Program-made: the position numbers and the translations under genes
In this document: in pieces, positions 14,411 to 28,300 of the stretch
Position numbering within the stretch: position 1 is the first letter of the stretch
Layout of the letters: every line of letters starts with the position of its first letter
Source of the DNA: Eledone cirrhosa
Lineage: Eukaryota
DNA: 64,000 nucleotides
Assembly (NCBI GenBank): GCA_964016885.1
Contig: OZ024743.1
Span: forward strand, 355,942,001 to 356,006,000
Direction of reading: 5' to 3'
The notes under the pieces: model-generated
The model's input: only the letters and a program-made list of their open reading frames with translations
Database searches by the model: none
Told to the model about the DNA's origin: nothing

Positions 14411-16789
14411 GTTAGAAATAATGGAGTGTAAACTAGAGCAAAGTAAGAAAAACAAAGGCACACTTAACACTGTTACCTGTTATATAATGATATTTATGAG
14501 CTTAAGACACATTTTTCAAAAGAAATGAAATAGAGAGTGATGTTTATAATGGGTGGAGCTTTTCTGCACAGATATGGCAGAGGTGTTATAACACACAATG
14601 GTAACATCTAGAGAAATTCCACACCCAAAACATCAAAGTTACCATAGAGACCACCAAATAAATAAGACGTTGGAAATTTACATATCGACGAAGCTATACT
14701 CATTACTAGACTGATGCTTCTCATAAACAACAGGTACAGTAGCAGGAATCCCTATTGGCTCTTTTGATCATACCAGTCTGCAAATGCCACCACTCCTCTG
14801 ATCCAATATCTATTGAGAAAAGCTCCAATTGTTGTCATCGCCACTGCCACCACCACCACCACACCCCATTTCCTTTCTTTTGAAAAAGGGGTTCTAATCT
14901 CAAAATATAATGAAATATGAGGTAAAAGTGTAAATTGTTTTGTTCTTGTTACTTTATGCTGTTCTAGTTTATTTCTAACATTATACTAGCTTTCCTAAAC
15001 AATCCTAGCTACATATTTCACAATGCTTCATATAAACTAAACTTTAAGTTACTTCAACCTGATGTATCTTTGTTTCTGAATGTATATTATTAGATTTGAA
15101 AGCAAATTATGACCAGATTGTATCACGATGCAGCAAGAACAGAATTATTATAAAGAAAATCAGCTTCAGTTAATAAATTTTCAACAAATTTATACAGACA
15201 ATTTCTCACCAGGAAAATGTAGAGTTTATTAGACTGCAATGTGAAAGTGAATAATGAAAGAGTAACTAAGTTTAATATAAGTAAAAGATTGACTATAGAT
15301 AGAAAGAAGCAGCGAGAGGAAGAGGTGAATTAATTAGAATAGTAAGTGAATTATGGGGCTGGCTAGTTAATGGGAAGAGCTAGAGAGAATGGGTATATAT
15401 ATATTTCTTAGAGAGGGGTGTAAAAGATAATAATAAAGTGAATATATACAGGCGAAATGCTGCTTGCTTTCAGTACATATTTTTGTCACTCTTTCATCTC
15501 ATTATCCTGCCATCCATCTAATACATAACCTGATACAACTAGCTGTAGGATGTGCAGTGCTATCTATGAACAAATGTAACAATATTTTACAACAGAAGAC
15601 AGAAAAATAACTTCCACATTATGACCCATGAATGTGTAGCCTAGTAGGTACGGTGTTGGACTCCCATAAGGTCATGGGTTTGATACCTATACTGGGTGCT
15701 GCAATGTGTTCTTGAAATAAAGCAAGACACTTCTTTTTTTCACATTGCCTGCCATGATAGGAATGGTGTCCCAAGAAAACTCCTGAGATGCAAGATTGTA
15801 GGAGTCCAGCTAAACTAATATATGTGTGAGCTGTACATTTCATATCATTTTCATTACTGAGGGAGCTTAATGTGTTTCATAATTTATCATCTTCTGTGGG
15901 TGTGGAGCACACACCTAACATAGCAAGGATATTCACTCTTACAACACCAATACTCTAAGATAGTGGGGGACCTCAAGAGTTACTCTCTTAACTCACTTTT
16001 TATGGCTAGGTGCCCTTTCTATTATTAACCACCTAACAGGGTATATTGGGAGCATTTACTGTGTAGATTACAAGCACTAGAGAGGTTGTTGTGCCCTTGA
16101 TTCAATTAGGGAGTCCTCTCGACAAATATATATATATATTTTATCATCATTTTACATCAACTTTTCACACTGGCATGGGTTGAACTAGACGAGTTGGAGT
16201 GACATTCTCTTGCTCGTGAGTTCCATATTTGACATTTTCTATGACTGGATGTCCAATATGATGCCAATCACATTACAGGGTGTACTAAGTGGATTTTTTC
16301 ATAGCACCAACACTACCATTTTATAGAGTGTAATGGATGCATTTTATGATGGCATCAGCATTACAGAGGTTGCAACATGCTTGTCCAAAGTGAAGAGTCT
16401 CTCACACCATATATTGTCTCCGTTTTATCACCACATACACAGACATATCCTTTTGTATTTGTGAACATGAAAATGAGTACTCAATACCATAGTAGACATT
16501 AATAATTCATTACAGCTGATCCAAGAGCCCGGAACTCTGGAATGATTCAATGTTCTGGAAACTATAGTGTAATAATAGGCTACTGGATCAACCTTAAACT
16601 ACATAATGTGTGTGTAAATATATATATATATGTGTGTATCATCATCATCATCATTTAACGTCCATTTATATACACAGAAGCGAGAAGCGAAAACCAACCA
16701 AACAGTGAGTGTGTTCTGTTATTAATTCTGGCAATATTACACAAATATGACCCTCCCCAAGTATAACAACATATATATATATATATATG

Positions 16790-17073
16790 TCTAAGTCTAA
16801 AGTCTGTCTTAAGCCAGAAGGCTCATTAGGCCGGTGCATATCCCGGTTTCATAGTGTGAAGCGACTGAGAGTACAAGACTCCCCACTGGACAGGACACCA
16901 GTCCATCGCAGGGTTAAACCTCCAGCTATTGCTGGGACTCATTTTCAGCTGAGTATACTGGAGCAACGTGAAATGAAGTATTTCGCTCAAGAACACAACA
17001 CACAACCCAGGAATCGAACCCACAATGTTATGATCGTAAGTCCAACACTCTTACCACTAGGACACATGCCTCC
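16790..17073 (-). mobile_element. Full-length CORE-like SINE-C (different, non-RTE tail)
   Basis: Minus strand GGAGGCATGTGTCCTAGTGGTAAG (A box), GGTTCGATTCC (B box), CORE-like segment, then AACCCTGCGATGGACTGG..GAAACCGGGATATGCACCGGCC and an AGACTT-type tail. Confidence 0.85.
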
Positions 17074-17857
17074 ACATATATATTTGTACATTGTACATAT
17101 ATATATATATACATACATACATACACATCAGCCTCAATAAACTATATGTATATACACACACATATACATGTATACATACACAGCTGTATGTTAAGACTAC
17201 TGAGAAAGCAATTCCCCCTATCATTCCTTTTCCCTTCTCCCTCTATTTTCTTCCACTTTTCATTAAATCCACCATGTTTGTTTACTCAAAATAATCAATG
17301 CATCCTAACATTTCGTTTGATGAATTCTTCAAATCTTCAATATATGGATGTGTGTGTGTGTGTATGTGTCACAGAAGAGCTGCTGCAGCTGTCGCTGCTT
17401 CTCCTTCTGCAATTGTCACTGCTACTGCTGTCGCTGTTGTTGTTTCAGTCAAACGTGCACAACAACTGATTTTAACAGGTGATTCTTAATGTCATCTCTA
17501 CACAGATTTATGCAATTTCTTCCCAAGTCTGTAGCGCAGGTATTAATACACACCTGCTGGTCTTACACAATTCACCAAGCTGATGAAGAGAGGTCGGGTG
17601 GGGGTCGGGTGACATAAAGAAAGTATTGGGCTTTTCCAACGCTAAGTACTTAGAAGGGCCAGCCACCACATAACTGCATGACAACCAGTCCCTAGCAACA
17701 AAAACATGACCCCACCACACACACACACACTTCCATTCTATTTACAAACATTCTTTTCTTATTTTGGACTCCATCTTGTCTGATATCCTCCTCTGTTAAC
17801 TTCTTTCATTTCTGCCACCACACACACGCACTATCTCTCTCTCTTTTTCTGTTAGTC

Positions 17858-18215
17858 CCATAACCACACAGCTTGCACCCATACAGACATGCATACATAC
17901 ATACACACAAATACACACACACACTCCCTCCCTCCCTTTTAATGACATAACCATACAGCTTGCACCCATACAGACATGCATACACACACAGACATACAGA
18001 CACACATTCTCACACACACACACACTCTCTCTCTCTCTGATACATAACCATACAGCTAGCACCCATACAGACATGCATACATACACACACACACATACAT
18101 ACAGCCATTTTTTCACACACTCTCAATGTCATAATTATATTGCTTACACAAATTCACACACAAATATACAAACTCTCTTGTGGACATAACCATACAGCTA
18201 GCACCCATACAGACA
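17858..18215. repeat. Four dispersed copies of CATAACCA(T/C)ACAGCT(T/A)GCACCCATACAGAC separated by microsatellite
   Basis: Direct reading. Confidence 0.8.
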
Positions 18216-18651
18216 CACTATTTAACTCATTGCTATAGTACCTGCACTCACACACAATTTCTTTTATTGCCATAACTACACAGTTTAGACACACACACAC
18301 ACGCTGTGGACAAGTAGGACCTGTGGAACATCATTTGCTGCAAAATTTCGGAGTTTTCCAAACATTTCAATGTTAAATACTTCAAAAGGGAAGGAACTGG
18401 GAATTTGCCCACCTCATTCTTGCCAAACTCTATCATAACTGTTCCCCCCCCCCCACCACCACCACCTCTACTACCTCCTCTGCAGCAAATGCATATATAA
18501 GCATGTATGCATATATCTTCTGGCATATCTCACTGTGTGTATATGCATCTGTATTGCATGTGCATGTAGCATTTTGTGCATGTCTGATTGTGTGTACATG
18601 TGTGAGTTTTGTGTATGTATGTGCCTATGTTCATGTGCACTTTTGTTTGTT

Positions 18652-18720
<69 letters not shown>

Positions 18721-19369
18721 CTATGTACATCTGTGTTTGTGTGTGCACGTGTTTGTGTGTGCATAGTATTCATGTGGCTGAATGTGTGTATGTGTGTGTG
18801 TTTATGCCTATGTACATCTGTGTGTGTGTGTGTGTGTGTGAAGAAAGTGAAGACACCCTGGGGTAGACAAGTTCAACAACAACAGTCTAACTGACAAGTT
18901 TACATTGATCTACATTTAACACGAACTAACATATTATGGAAAGAACTTTCCAGAAGTGGATGGTTTGGATCTTTACAATTCACAACTCACAAAGTGAAGA
19001 CTGGGTGGAGGGAGAGAGAGGTGAAGGGGAAGTATTGAATAAGTCTAACAGAGAGAGAAAGAGAGAGAGGGAGAGAGAGAGAGAGGGGGGGGGGGGAGAC
19101 AGAGAAGATGGACTTGGAGAGAGAAGGAAAAGAGAAAGAAAGGTAAAATGTATTAGAAAGAGGAGAGAAAAGAAAGAAGGGAAGAGAAAGGAGAGAAGAT
19201 AAAGAAGGGAAGGGAAAGGAGAGAGTGAGAGAAAGAAAGAGAGAGGGGGTAAGTATTGTGTGTAAGTTTTAGAGAGAGAGAAAGAGAGAGGGAAGAGTGA
19301 GAATAAGGCAGAGAGTGGGATAAAGAAAGGTAGAGAAGATAATGTGCAAGTCTGGAAGAGAAGGGAAGT

Positions 19370-19371
19370 AA

Positions 19372-19451
<80 letters not shown>

Positions 19452-19565
19452 AACAAAGAAAGAGAAAGAAAAGCAATATATAAACCTGGGTAAGAGAGAG
19501 AGAGAGAGCAACAAAGAAAGAGAAAGAAAAGCAATATATAAACCTGGGTAAGAGAGAGAGAGAGA
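19370..19565. repeat. (GA)n plus a tandem duplication of about 58 bp
   Basis: GCAACAAAGAAAGAGAAAGAAAAGCAATATATAAACCTGGG occurs twice. Confidence 0.9.
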
Positions 19566-20404
19566 ATGTAAGGTGTCTGAATGATAGATTCATTGACCAG
19601 AATCAAGAATTCAATGTTGAGAGATGGCGGTAGGTAGGAATTAAAGGATCAAAGGAACTACAGTCTCAACCATACCTTCCTTTTTTTCAGATCTTTACAT
19701 AAAGTCTCCCTTTTCTCTCTCTCTCTCACTCTCACTAATGAAGGACCTGAGCCTGAAACATTGGAATTTACCATGAACAATATCATACATACTTAAAACT
19801 GTCATTACCATATCTATCTATATATCTAAAACAGAGAATGTCTGTCTGTCTGTCTGTCTGACTCCCTAAAACTCGAGAACCACCCAACCGATTGTTTTCA
19901 AACTTTACACATGTAATACTTATGGTCCAGTGAGTGTTTTGAGCAAAAAAATTTCAAATTTTCAATGCCCTAGGGACCGCATTAGTCGATTTAGCGATCA
20001 CTCTCCATAATTCTTAGTCTTTCTTTTTAGATAGATACATAGATATAACGCTGCGCCCTTATAATATCTGTCTGTATGTCTGGCTGGCTGCATTACGACA
20101 TTATGACGCTATATGTGTGTGTGTATATATGTATATATAGTGTGTGTGTGTATATATATATAGTGTGTAATGTTTTTCGAAATATTTACTTCTGCGTTCA
20201 CAGATTGATTTTTTTTAGTTTCAGAAGATCCCGTTAAGGCTTAAAGCAGTGATTCTTTGCTTAAACTTTAATATGTTATTTTAATATATATATACATATA
20301 TTCAACTGCTAATTTTATGCAAATTTTTTTTACTTCCGTTGTCACTCTTGTCTTCATAAAAACAGTGACTATATTTCCATTATTTATTTTCAGAATAATT
20401 GATT

Positions 20405-21467
20405 ATGAATAATTTTGATTCTCCAAATTTGTGGAAGAGACACAGAGTTCTTCTTGGAATCCGCACCGGGAGGACAAATAAGGAAATTTCAGACTTTCTC
20501 AGTGTCAGCAGGAGAATGGTGGAAAATGTCAGAAAGGAATTGGAAGATTCAGGATTCGACTACGAAGAAACATCAGAGAGGAAAATACATGATCGATGAT
20601 CTGACGCCTTCAGAACGCCCGAGTTCGTCGCTGAAGTTCAGGATATCATCAACAATGAACCTAGCAAGTCGATGCATGCCATTGCAAGGGAGAAAGGCGT
20701 GGATGAAAAGCTCATTAGGCTAGTGGTACATGAAGACATTCGCTACATTTCATACAAGATGAGGAAAGGACAATTTCTGTCAAAGGCGATGCAAGAAAGG
20801 CGATGCAAGAAAAGCGACTGAAGCACGCAAAGAAGCAGATCAACAAGTTGAAACACCCACTGGAGTCAGACATGCTGTGGTTTTTCTCGGACGAGAAAAA
20901 CTTCTGCCAAGACCAGAAGATCAACTCCCAGAACAACAGGTGGCTCGCTGTCTCATCCAAAGATGTGCTCAGAGTCATGCAGACAAAGTTTCCAGCGACA
21001 ACATTGGTCTTAGGTGTTGTCAGCAGTCAAGGTGATGTCATGCCACCTCACTTCTTCCCTGAGGGCCTCAAGCTGAACACCGATGGCTACATCCGCGTTC
21101 TGAGCGAGGTAGTAAAGCCCCGGATCGACCAAGTAGCTGCAGGTAGGCTGTACGTGTGGCAGCAAGACTCAGCGCCTGCCATACCAGCCAAAAGACGCAA
21201 GCCTGGCTGTCAGATAACTTCGTCGACCACACTTCATCTAACATCTGGCCTCCCAGCTCGCCTGACTGCAACCCCCTTGACTTCTTTGTGTGGGGCGCAG
21301 TGGAACGAGACACCAACAGATCTAGCTGCAATACGAAAGACGATCTGAAGGCCAGGATCACAAGTGCCTTTAGGGGCCTAAGTCGGGGGACAGTGACGAA
21401 GGCCTGCAGCCGGTTCCGAGGCCGCCTCGAGGCCGTCATCAAAGCCAATGGCGGGTTTATCGAGTGA
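20405..21467 (+). pseudogene. DD37D (maT-family) Tc1/mariner transposase pseudogene
   Basis: WFFSDEKNF, QQDSAP, WPPSSPDCNPLD with 37 residues between D2 and D3. Lesions: TGA at 20597, 14-bp duplication near 20783-20810, 1-bp deletion near 21180. Right terminus ..CGTCCGCACCCTG|TA at 21591; left TIR not found. Confidence 0.92.
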
Positions 21468-21606
21468 GATCGGAAGAACAAGTCATGAAGACAAACTGAC
21501 CCAAGTTTGATAAATATACCTTAAAAAATAAAACTACTGTGTTACTTTTTCCTAGACAGTAATCTTGCGAACAAATATCGTCCGCACCCTGTATATATAT
21601 AATTAT

Positions 21607-22688
21607 ATGTAGTGGGATCACAGGTAAGCTAACTAAGAACATAGACTTTACATGTGGCCGGTGTTCTGGTGCAATAAGTAGCAGCAAGTGCCCACAAAAT
21701 ACTAGCTCTTTCAATTGCTCAGAGGGTTCTATAGAAATAGTGGACAGCTTCCGTTACCTGGGCGATAAAATCAGCAGTGGGGGAGGGTGCTCTGAAAGTA
21801 CTGTAGCTAGAGTCAGAACTGGTTGGAAAAAGTTCAGAGAGCTTATACCACTATTAGCTGCTAAAGGGTTCTCTCTAAAAATGAAAGGCAGGTTGTACGA
21901 TGCCTGCATACGAACAGCAATGTTGCATGGTAGTGAGACCTGGGCATTGTGTGCAGAGGATATACGCAGACTAGAGAGGAACGAAGCTTGCATGCTCCGC
22001 TGGATGTGTAACAGTAATATACGTGAACGGCAAAGCATAAACGAACTAAGGAAAAAATTAGAGATAAGAGGGATCAGATGTTGTTTACTCGAGAGAAGGC
22101 TGCGTTGGTATGGACACGTGATGCGCATGAAAGTCGATAGCTGTATTACAAAGTGCAGGGCAATAAAGATAGACGGTAGCCACGGAATAGGCAGACCTAG
22201 AAAAACATGGGATGAGCTGATAAACTCCGACCTCACACACTTACACCTCTCCAAGACAATGTCACTGGACCGTGACCTCTGGCGGTACTCAGTAACAGAG
22301 AAGACCCGCCTTGCCAGTAGGCATCTCTAACAAAATACACCCCGTCCCGCCACCACCCCCACCCCATCCACACCACCCCGTTCTATGTAAAGTTATGTTG
22401 GTGCCGCGCCATCCAGGCCGAAACAAATGAGATCGTGTAGGTGTCACGACAAAAAACACACAGTCCACGCTGTAATGTGGCCGTGTAGGCAACACGGTAA
22501 AAACCTCCCAGACCCACACTGTAAATGTGGTTGGTGTTAGGAAGGGCATCCAACTGTAGAAAACCTGCCAGACAGTCCTATGCGAGCAAGACAATCACTC
22601 TTGCCTCAAGTGGGACTACCCCCGTCCAAACCCATGCAAGCGTGGAACACGGACGTTAAACGTTGATGATGATGATGATGATGATGAT
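21607..22688 (+). mobile_element. RTE LINE family A, 5'-truncated
   Basis: FRYLG, MLHGSETW, RRLRWYGHV, GRPRKTW; 3'UTR and (GAT)n tail. Confidence 0.95.
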
Positions 22689-23982
22689 ATATTCGTGTAC
22701 AGATATTTTTGCATACACAATAACAAAATATAAACAAACGTATTTATTTCATGAGGCTCGATAAGGATAAATATATATCAAATATATAAGAACCCTAGAG
22801 CAAATCCCAAGCAACGCCGGGCCATGCCGCTAGTTTCTAATAAAATACACTATCTGTCTGAATTAATTAATGAAGAATGTGGAGGGATTTACTAAAATTA
22901 TTAATCTTTAAGATATGTCTAGCAATGAAAAATTCTCATATAAAATTATGTTGGAAAATTTAAATAAGAACCCTTTAAAATAGGAGGATTTGTTCCATAG
23001 AACCAGGAGCGTTTTGAGGCAAATTGGTATGAAAAGCGTTAAACCTTTTAATACCAGATCATCTGAAACTGCTCCTGGTTTTACAATACTATTTTATAGC
23101 GTGTTATTTATCTTCCTGCTGCTTTTAGTCTGCAAGGTGAGGTTTAAAGAGGAAGGATTGAGATAAATTGATAGCTGACATCAACAACTGAATGTGGTAT
23201 AAACAAATCTAAATCCAGTCTTTAGCAACATCATTAGAGCTGATAATAGCAGCAATAATGAATGTGATTTCTAACACAGGAGACCTTAAATTTAGAGGGG
23301 CGAGAGAGATGACGTGCAGTCGGTTTAATCAATCTCAGTACCCAACTGGCACTCACTTTATCCCCCCCCCCCCCCAAAAAAAAAAATAGAGAGCACAAGG
23401 TTGATCCCATCAGGATTGGAACATAGTGAGGAAACTAATTAAATACCACAAGGCATTTGTTTGCTGTTTTTACCAATTCTGTTAATTCACCATTATGCTG
23501 ACTTGGGAAAAGCTAACTTAATGATGTTAAATCAATGCATGATGATGATAATGATGATGATTGTTAATAATTCAAGGGAGACCACTTTAGAAATGAACAT
23601 AAAAATGAAATTATGTCCCTTGAAGGGGGATGTCATCCCCTTGGATGTATTGATAGTCACTTTTTTTAAAAATCAGATTTGACTGTTAATGCTCTGGTTT
23701 TTAACCAATCATGGTGTTTGATTTAAACTGAACAAAGCCATTCCATTTTTAGCAACTATTTCTCAAAAATAACAATGATGATGATGATTTGAAACTGTCA
23801 CTTATACTGTTACAACATAACATCCATCCAACCAACTGGGAACAAGTCAGTTTATTTTAAAAAAGACAGGGGTAGGGTGAGCGTTGGAAGACAACAGCAG
23901 TTGCATCAGGTTTTATTATTGTGCTTATCTCAACCCAATCAGTACTTTGATAATAAACACTTGACAGCCCTTCCACACACAC

Positions 23983-24029
<47 letters not shown>

Positions 24030-24285
24030 TTTATATATGTGTATATATACACACACACATACACATGCACCAATCACTTGGTGGTTTTGCTGCTAGTTTA
24101 TGCCATCTCTTATGACAAAATTCCTGGAATAACCTTTCCACTGAATCTCACAAATCACAGAAAGATTAAGAAGTTCTGTTAAGTGGCTGACACATTTGAG
24201 ACCGACAGGACTGTAAACTATAAGGTAGCACTGGGACAAGGTGTTTCAAGATGGTGGTGGTGGTGATGGCCAGAGTGCTGGCAGA

Positions 24286-24550
24286 GACGTCAGGCAAGTC
24301 AATGTCAACAGGCTTGTCATCATAATTATTCTTTATGGCAGCATTTCTGGAAGGTTTTTACCTGGCAGCACACACATCTGCTGCATTGACTTGACCAATC
24401 AAACAGTGGCATCTATTCTGTGATTGACCAATCAAAACTATTGCATGAAGACGTTTCTCGTTAGGCTACCTTGGGTACACACATGCACATATATGTGTAT
24501 GTGTGTGAGTGTGTGTGAGTATATATATATTTACACACATACAAAGTAGT

Positions 24551-24593
<43 letters not shown>

Positions 24594-24646
24594 CTGACTA
24601 CTTTATTATTTTTCTTCTCTTTTTACACCTGTCACCAACATGGCGG
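24286..24646. promoter_or_regulatory. Possible promoter-like motif cluster (two CCAAT boxes, YY1-like, CRE-like)
   Basis: TTGACCAATCAAA at 24391 and 24424 (33 bp apart), AACATGGCGG at 24637, GACGTCA at 24286. Confidence 0.25.
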
Positions 24647-24803
24647 TGGTGGAAGGTGCAGAAGATAATGTGATGCATGGAATACCAATCAGCAAGCTAA
24701 GCTGGCTACAGAGCTAACACATTGAAGTTCAATCCCAGAAGGAGGTAGACATTTTATGTCAACTCTTTATTTGCCCATTGCTTGCCAGTAATGCTCAGTT
24801 GGA

Positions 24804-24874
<71 letters not shown>

Positions 24875-25292
24875 TGTGTGTGTGTGCGTGTGTGTGTGTA
24901 CATGTGTCTATGCATATAGGATCCCATAAATAAACACAAAGATGTTACTGAGACACAAGCACACACCTACACCAAGAGAAAACAGAAGCCCCACTACCAA
25001 GGAGAAGAATACATAAAACTATGTGACCATGAATCAGGAATTCAAATGTGTTCCTGGCATTTTGTCAGGTTCCAAAGTAAAATACAATATTCTATGTCAT
25101 CTGAATACAACTAGCTGTCAGAAATAGGTCTGAGATCAATCAAAACTTTTTACCACTTTTCCCTTCACTGAATCCTCCATGTCCATACACTGGATTTTGT
25201 GCCAAATTCCTTGATGATGTCAGATTGATAACCTCTAACAACACCTACATCCCACTCAAAAGGTGCCTCCATTGGTTTGGCAACACACTCAC

Positions 25293-25341
25293 CTGCCCAT
25301 GATATGAACTCATCCATGATGCATTCGCATCTAAGATGTTC
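25293..25341 (-). other. Candidate 49-nt exon
   Basis: tgtttgctgtttatgccatctcag|GAAC...GGGCAG|gtgagt; two frames open (EHLRCECIMDEFISWA or NILDANASWMSSYHGQ). Confidence 0.4.
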
Positions 25342-25375
25342 CTGAGATGGCATAAACAGCAAACAGATCAATGTG

Positions 25376-28300
25376 GTTTAATCCCACACCACAGTTCACC
25401 AATGAGTACACCTAGGTGTCAGTAACAGGTACCGGATCAATATAGTTCAATCTCACACTACAGTCCACCAATCAATACACCTAGGTGTCAGTAATAAATA
25501 GTAGATCAATATAGTTCAGTCTCACATCAGAGTCAACCAATCAATACAGCTATATATATCAGTAATAGGTACCAGATCAATATAGTTCCATCTCACACCA
25601 CAGTTCATCAATCAGTACAGCTAGGTGTCAGTAATAGGTACCAGATCAATATAGTCCCAATCTCACACCACAGTTCATCAATCAGTACAGCTAGGTGTCA
25701 GTAATAGGTACCAGATCAATATAGTCCAATCTCACACCACAGTTCATCAATCAGTACAGCTAGGTGTCAGTAATAGGTACCAGATCAATATAGTTCCAAT
25801 CTCACACCACAGTTCATCAATCAGTACAGCTAGGTGTCAGTAATAGGTACCAGATCAATATAGTTCAATCTCACACCACAGTTCATCAATCAGTACAGCT
25901 AGGTGTCAGTAATAGGTACCAGATCAATATAGTTCAAATCTCACACCACAGTTCATCAATCAGTACAGCTAGGTGTCAGTAATAGGTACCAGATCAATAT
26001 AGTTCAATCTCACACCACAGTTCATCAATCAGTACAGCTAGGTGTCAGTAATAGGTACCAGATCAATATAGTCCCAATCTCACACCACAGTTCATCAATC
26101 AGTACAGCTAGGTGTCAGTAATAGGTACCAGATCAATATAGTTCAATCTCACACCACAGTTCATCAATCAGTACACCTGGGTGTCAGTAATAGGTACCAG
26201 ATCAATATAGTTCCAATCTCACACCACAGTTCATCAATCAGTACAGCTAGGTGTCAGTAATAGGTACCAGATAAATATAGTTCAATCTCACACCACAGTT
26301 CATCAATTAGTACAGCTAGGTGTCAGTAATAGATACTAGATCAATATAGTTCAGTCTCACATCAGAGTCAACCAATCAATACAGCTATATATATCAGTAA
26401 TAGGTACCAGATAAATATAGTTCAATCTCACACCACAGTTCATCAATTAGTACAGCTAGGTGTCAGTAATAGGTACCAGATCAATATAGTTCAATCTCAC
26501 ACCACAGTTCATCAATCAGTACAGCTAGGTGTCAGTAATAGGTACCAAATCAATATAGTTCAATCTCACACCACAGTTCATCAATCAGTACAGCTAGGAG
26601 TCAGTAATAGGTACCAGATCAATATAGTCCAATCTCACACCACAGTTCATCAATCAGTACAGCTAGGTGTCAGTAATAGGTACCAGATCAATATAGTTCA
26701 ATCTCACACCACAGTTCATCAATCAGTACAGCTAGGTGTCAGTAATAGGTACCAAATCAATATAGTCCCAATCTCACACCACAGTTCATCAATCAGTACA
26801 GCTAGGTGTCAGTAATAGGTACCAGATCAATATAGTTCAATCTCACACCACAGTTCATCAATCAGTACACCTAGGTGTCAGTAATAGGTACCAGATCAAT
26901 ATAGTTCAATCTCACACCACAGTTCATCAATCAGTACACCTAGGTGTCAGTAATAGGTACCAGATCAATATAGTTCAATCTCACACCACAGTTCATCAAT
27001 CAGTACACCTAGGTGTCAGTAATAGGTACCAGATCAATATAGTTCAATCTCACACCACAGTTCATCAATCAGTACAGCTAGGTGTCAGTAATAGGTACCA
27101 GATCAATATAGTTCAATCTCACACCACAGTTCATCAATCAGTACAGCTAGGAGTCAGTAATAGGTACCAGATCAATATAGTTCAATCTCACACCACAGTT
27201 CATCAATCAGTACAGCTAGGTGTCAGTAATAGGTACCAGATCAATATAGTTCCAATCTCACACCACAGTTCATCAATCAGTACAGCTAGGGGTCAGTAAT
27301 AGGTCCCAGATCAATATAGTTCCAATCTCACACCATAGTTCATCAATCAGTACAGCTAGGTGTCAGTAATAGGTACCAGATCAATATAGTTCCAATCTCA
27401 CACCACAGTTCATCAATCAGTACACCTAGGTGTCAGTAATAGGTACCAGATCAATATAGTTCAATCTCACACCACAGTTCATCAATCAGTACAGCTAGGT
27501 GTCAGTAATAGGTACCAAATCAATATAGTTCAATCTCACACCACAGTTCATCAATCAGTACAGCTAGGTGTCAGTAACAGGTACCAGATCAATATAGTTC
27601 CAATCTCACACCACAGTTCATCAATCAGTACAGCTAGGTGTCAGTAACAGGTACCAGATCAATATAGTTCCAATCTCACACCACAGTTCATCAATCAGTA
27701 CAGCTAGGTGTCAGTAATAGGTACCAGATCAATATAGTTCAATCTCAGACCACAGTTCATCAATCAGTACACCTAGGTGTCAGTAATAGGTACCAGATCA
27801 ATATAGTTCCAATCTCACACCACAGTTCATCAATCAGTACAGCTAGGTGTCAGTAATAGGTACCAGATCAATATAGTTCAATCTCACACCACAGTTCATC
27901 AATCAGTACACCTAGGTGTCAGTAACAGGTACCAGATCAATATAGTTCCAATCTCACACCACAGTTCATCAATCAGTACAGCTAGGTGTCAGTAACAGGT
28001 ACCAGATCAATATAGTTCAATCTCACACCACAGTTCATCAATCAGTACAGCTAGGTGTCAGTAATAGGTACCAGATCAATATAGTCCAATCTCACACCAC
28101 AGTTCATCAATTAGTACAGCTAGGTGTCAGTAACAGGTACCAGATCAATATACTTCAATCTCACACCACAGTTCATCAATCAGTACACCTAGGTGTCAGT
28201 AATAGGTACCAGATCAATATAGTTCAATCTCACACCACAGTTCATCAATCAGTACAGCTAGGTGTCAGTAATAGGTACCAGATCAATATAGTCCAATCTC

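Larger units (their letters stand above)
19813..22833 (+). mobile_element. Non-autonomous Helitron carrying nested DD37D and RTE insertions
   Basis: 5' A|TCTATCTATATATCTAAAA..(GTCT)n; 3' hairpin CCCAAGCAACGCCGGG then CTAG|T at 22830-22834. Pairing of the two ends is inferred. Confidence 0.7.

Noticed and set aside
19735-19765. Hammerhead-like CTAATGA-agg..cct-GAAAC
   Set aside because: Core mutated and no NUH or helix I; at most a dead relic. The same applies to 1658-1690 and 37429-37455.
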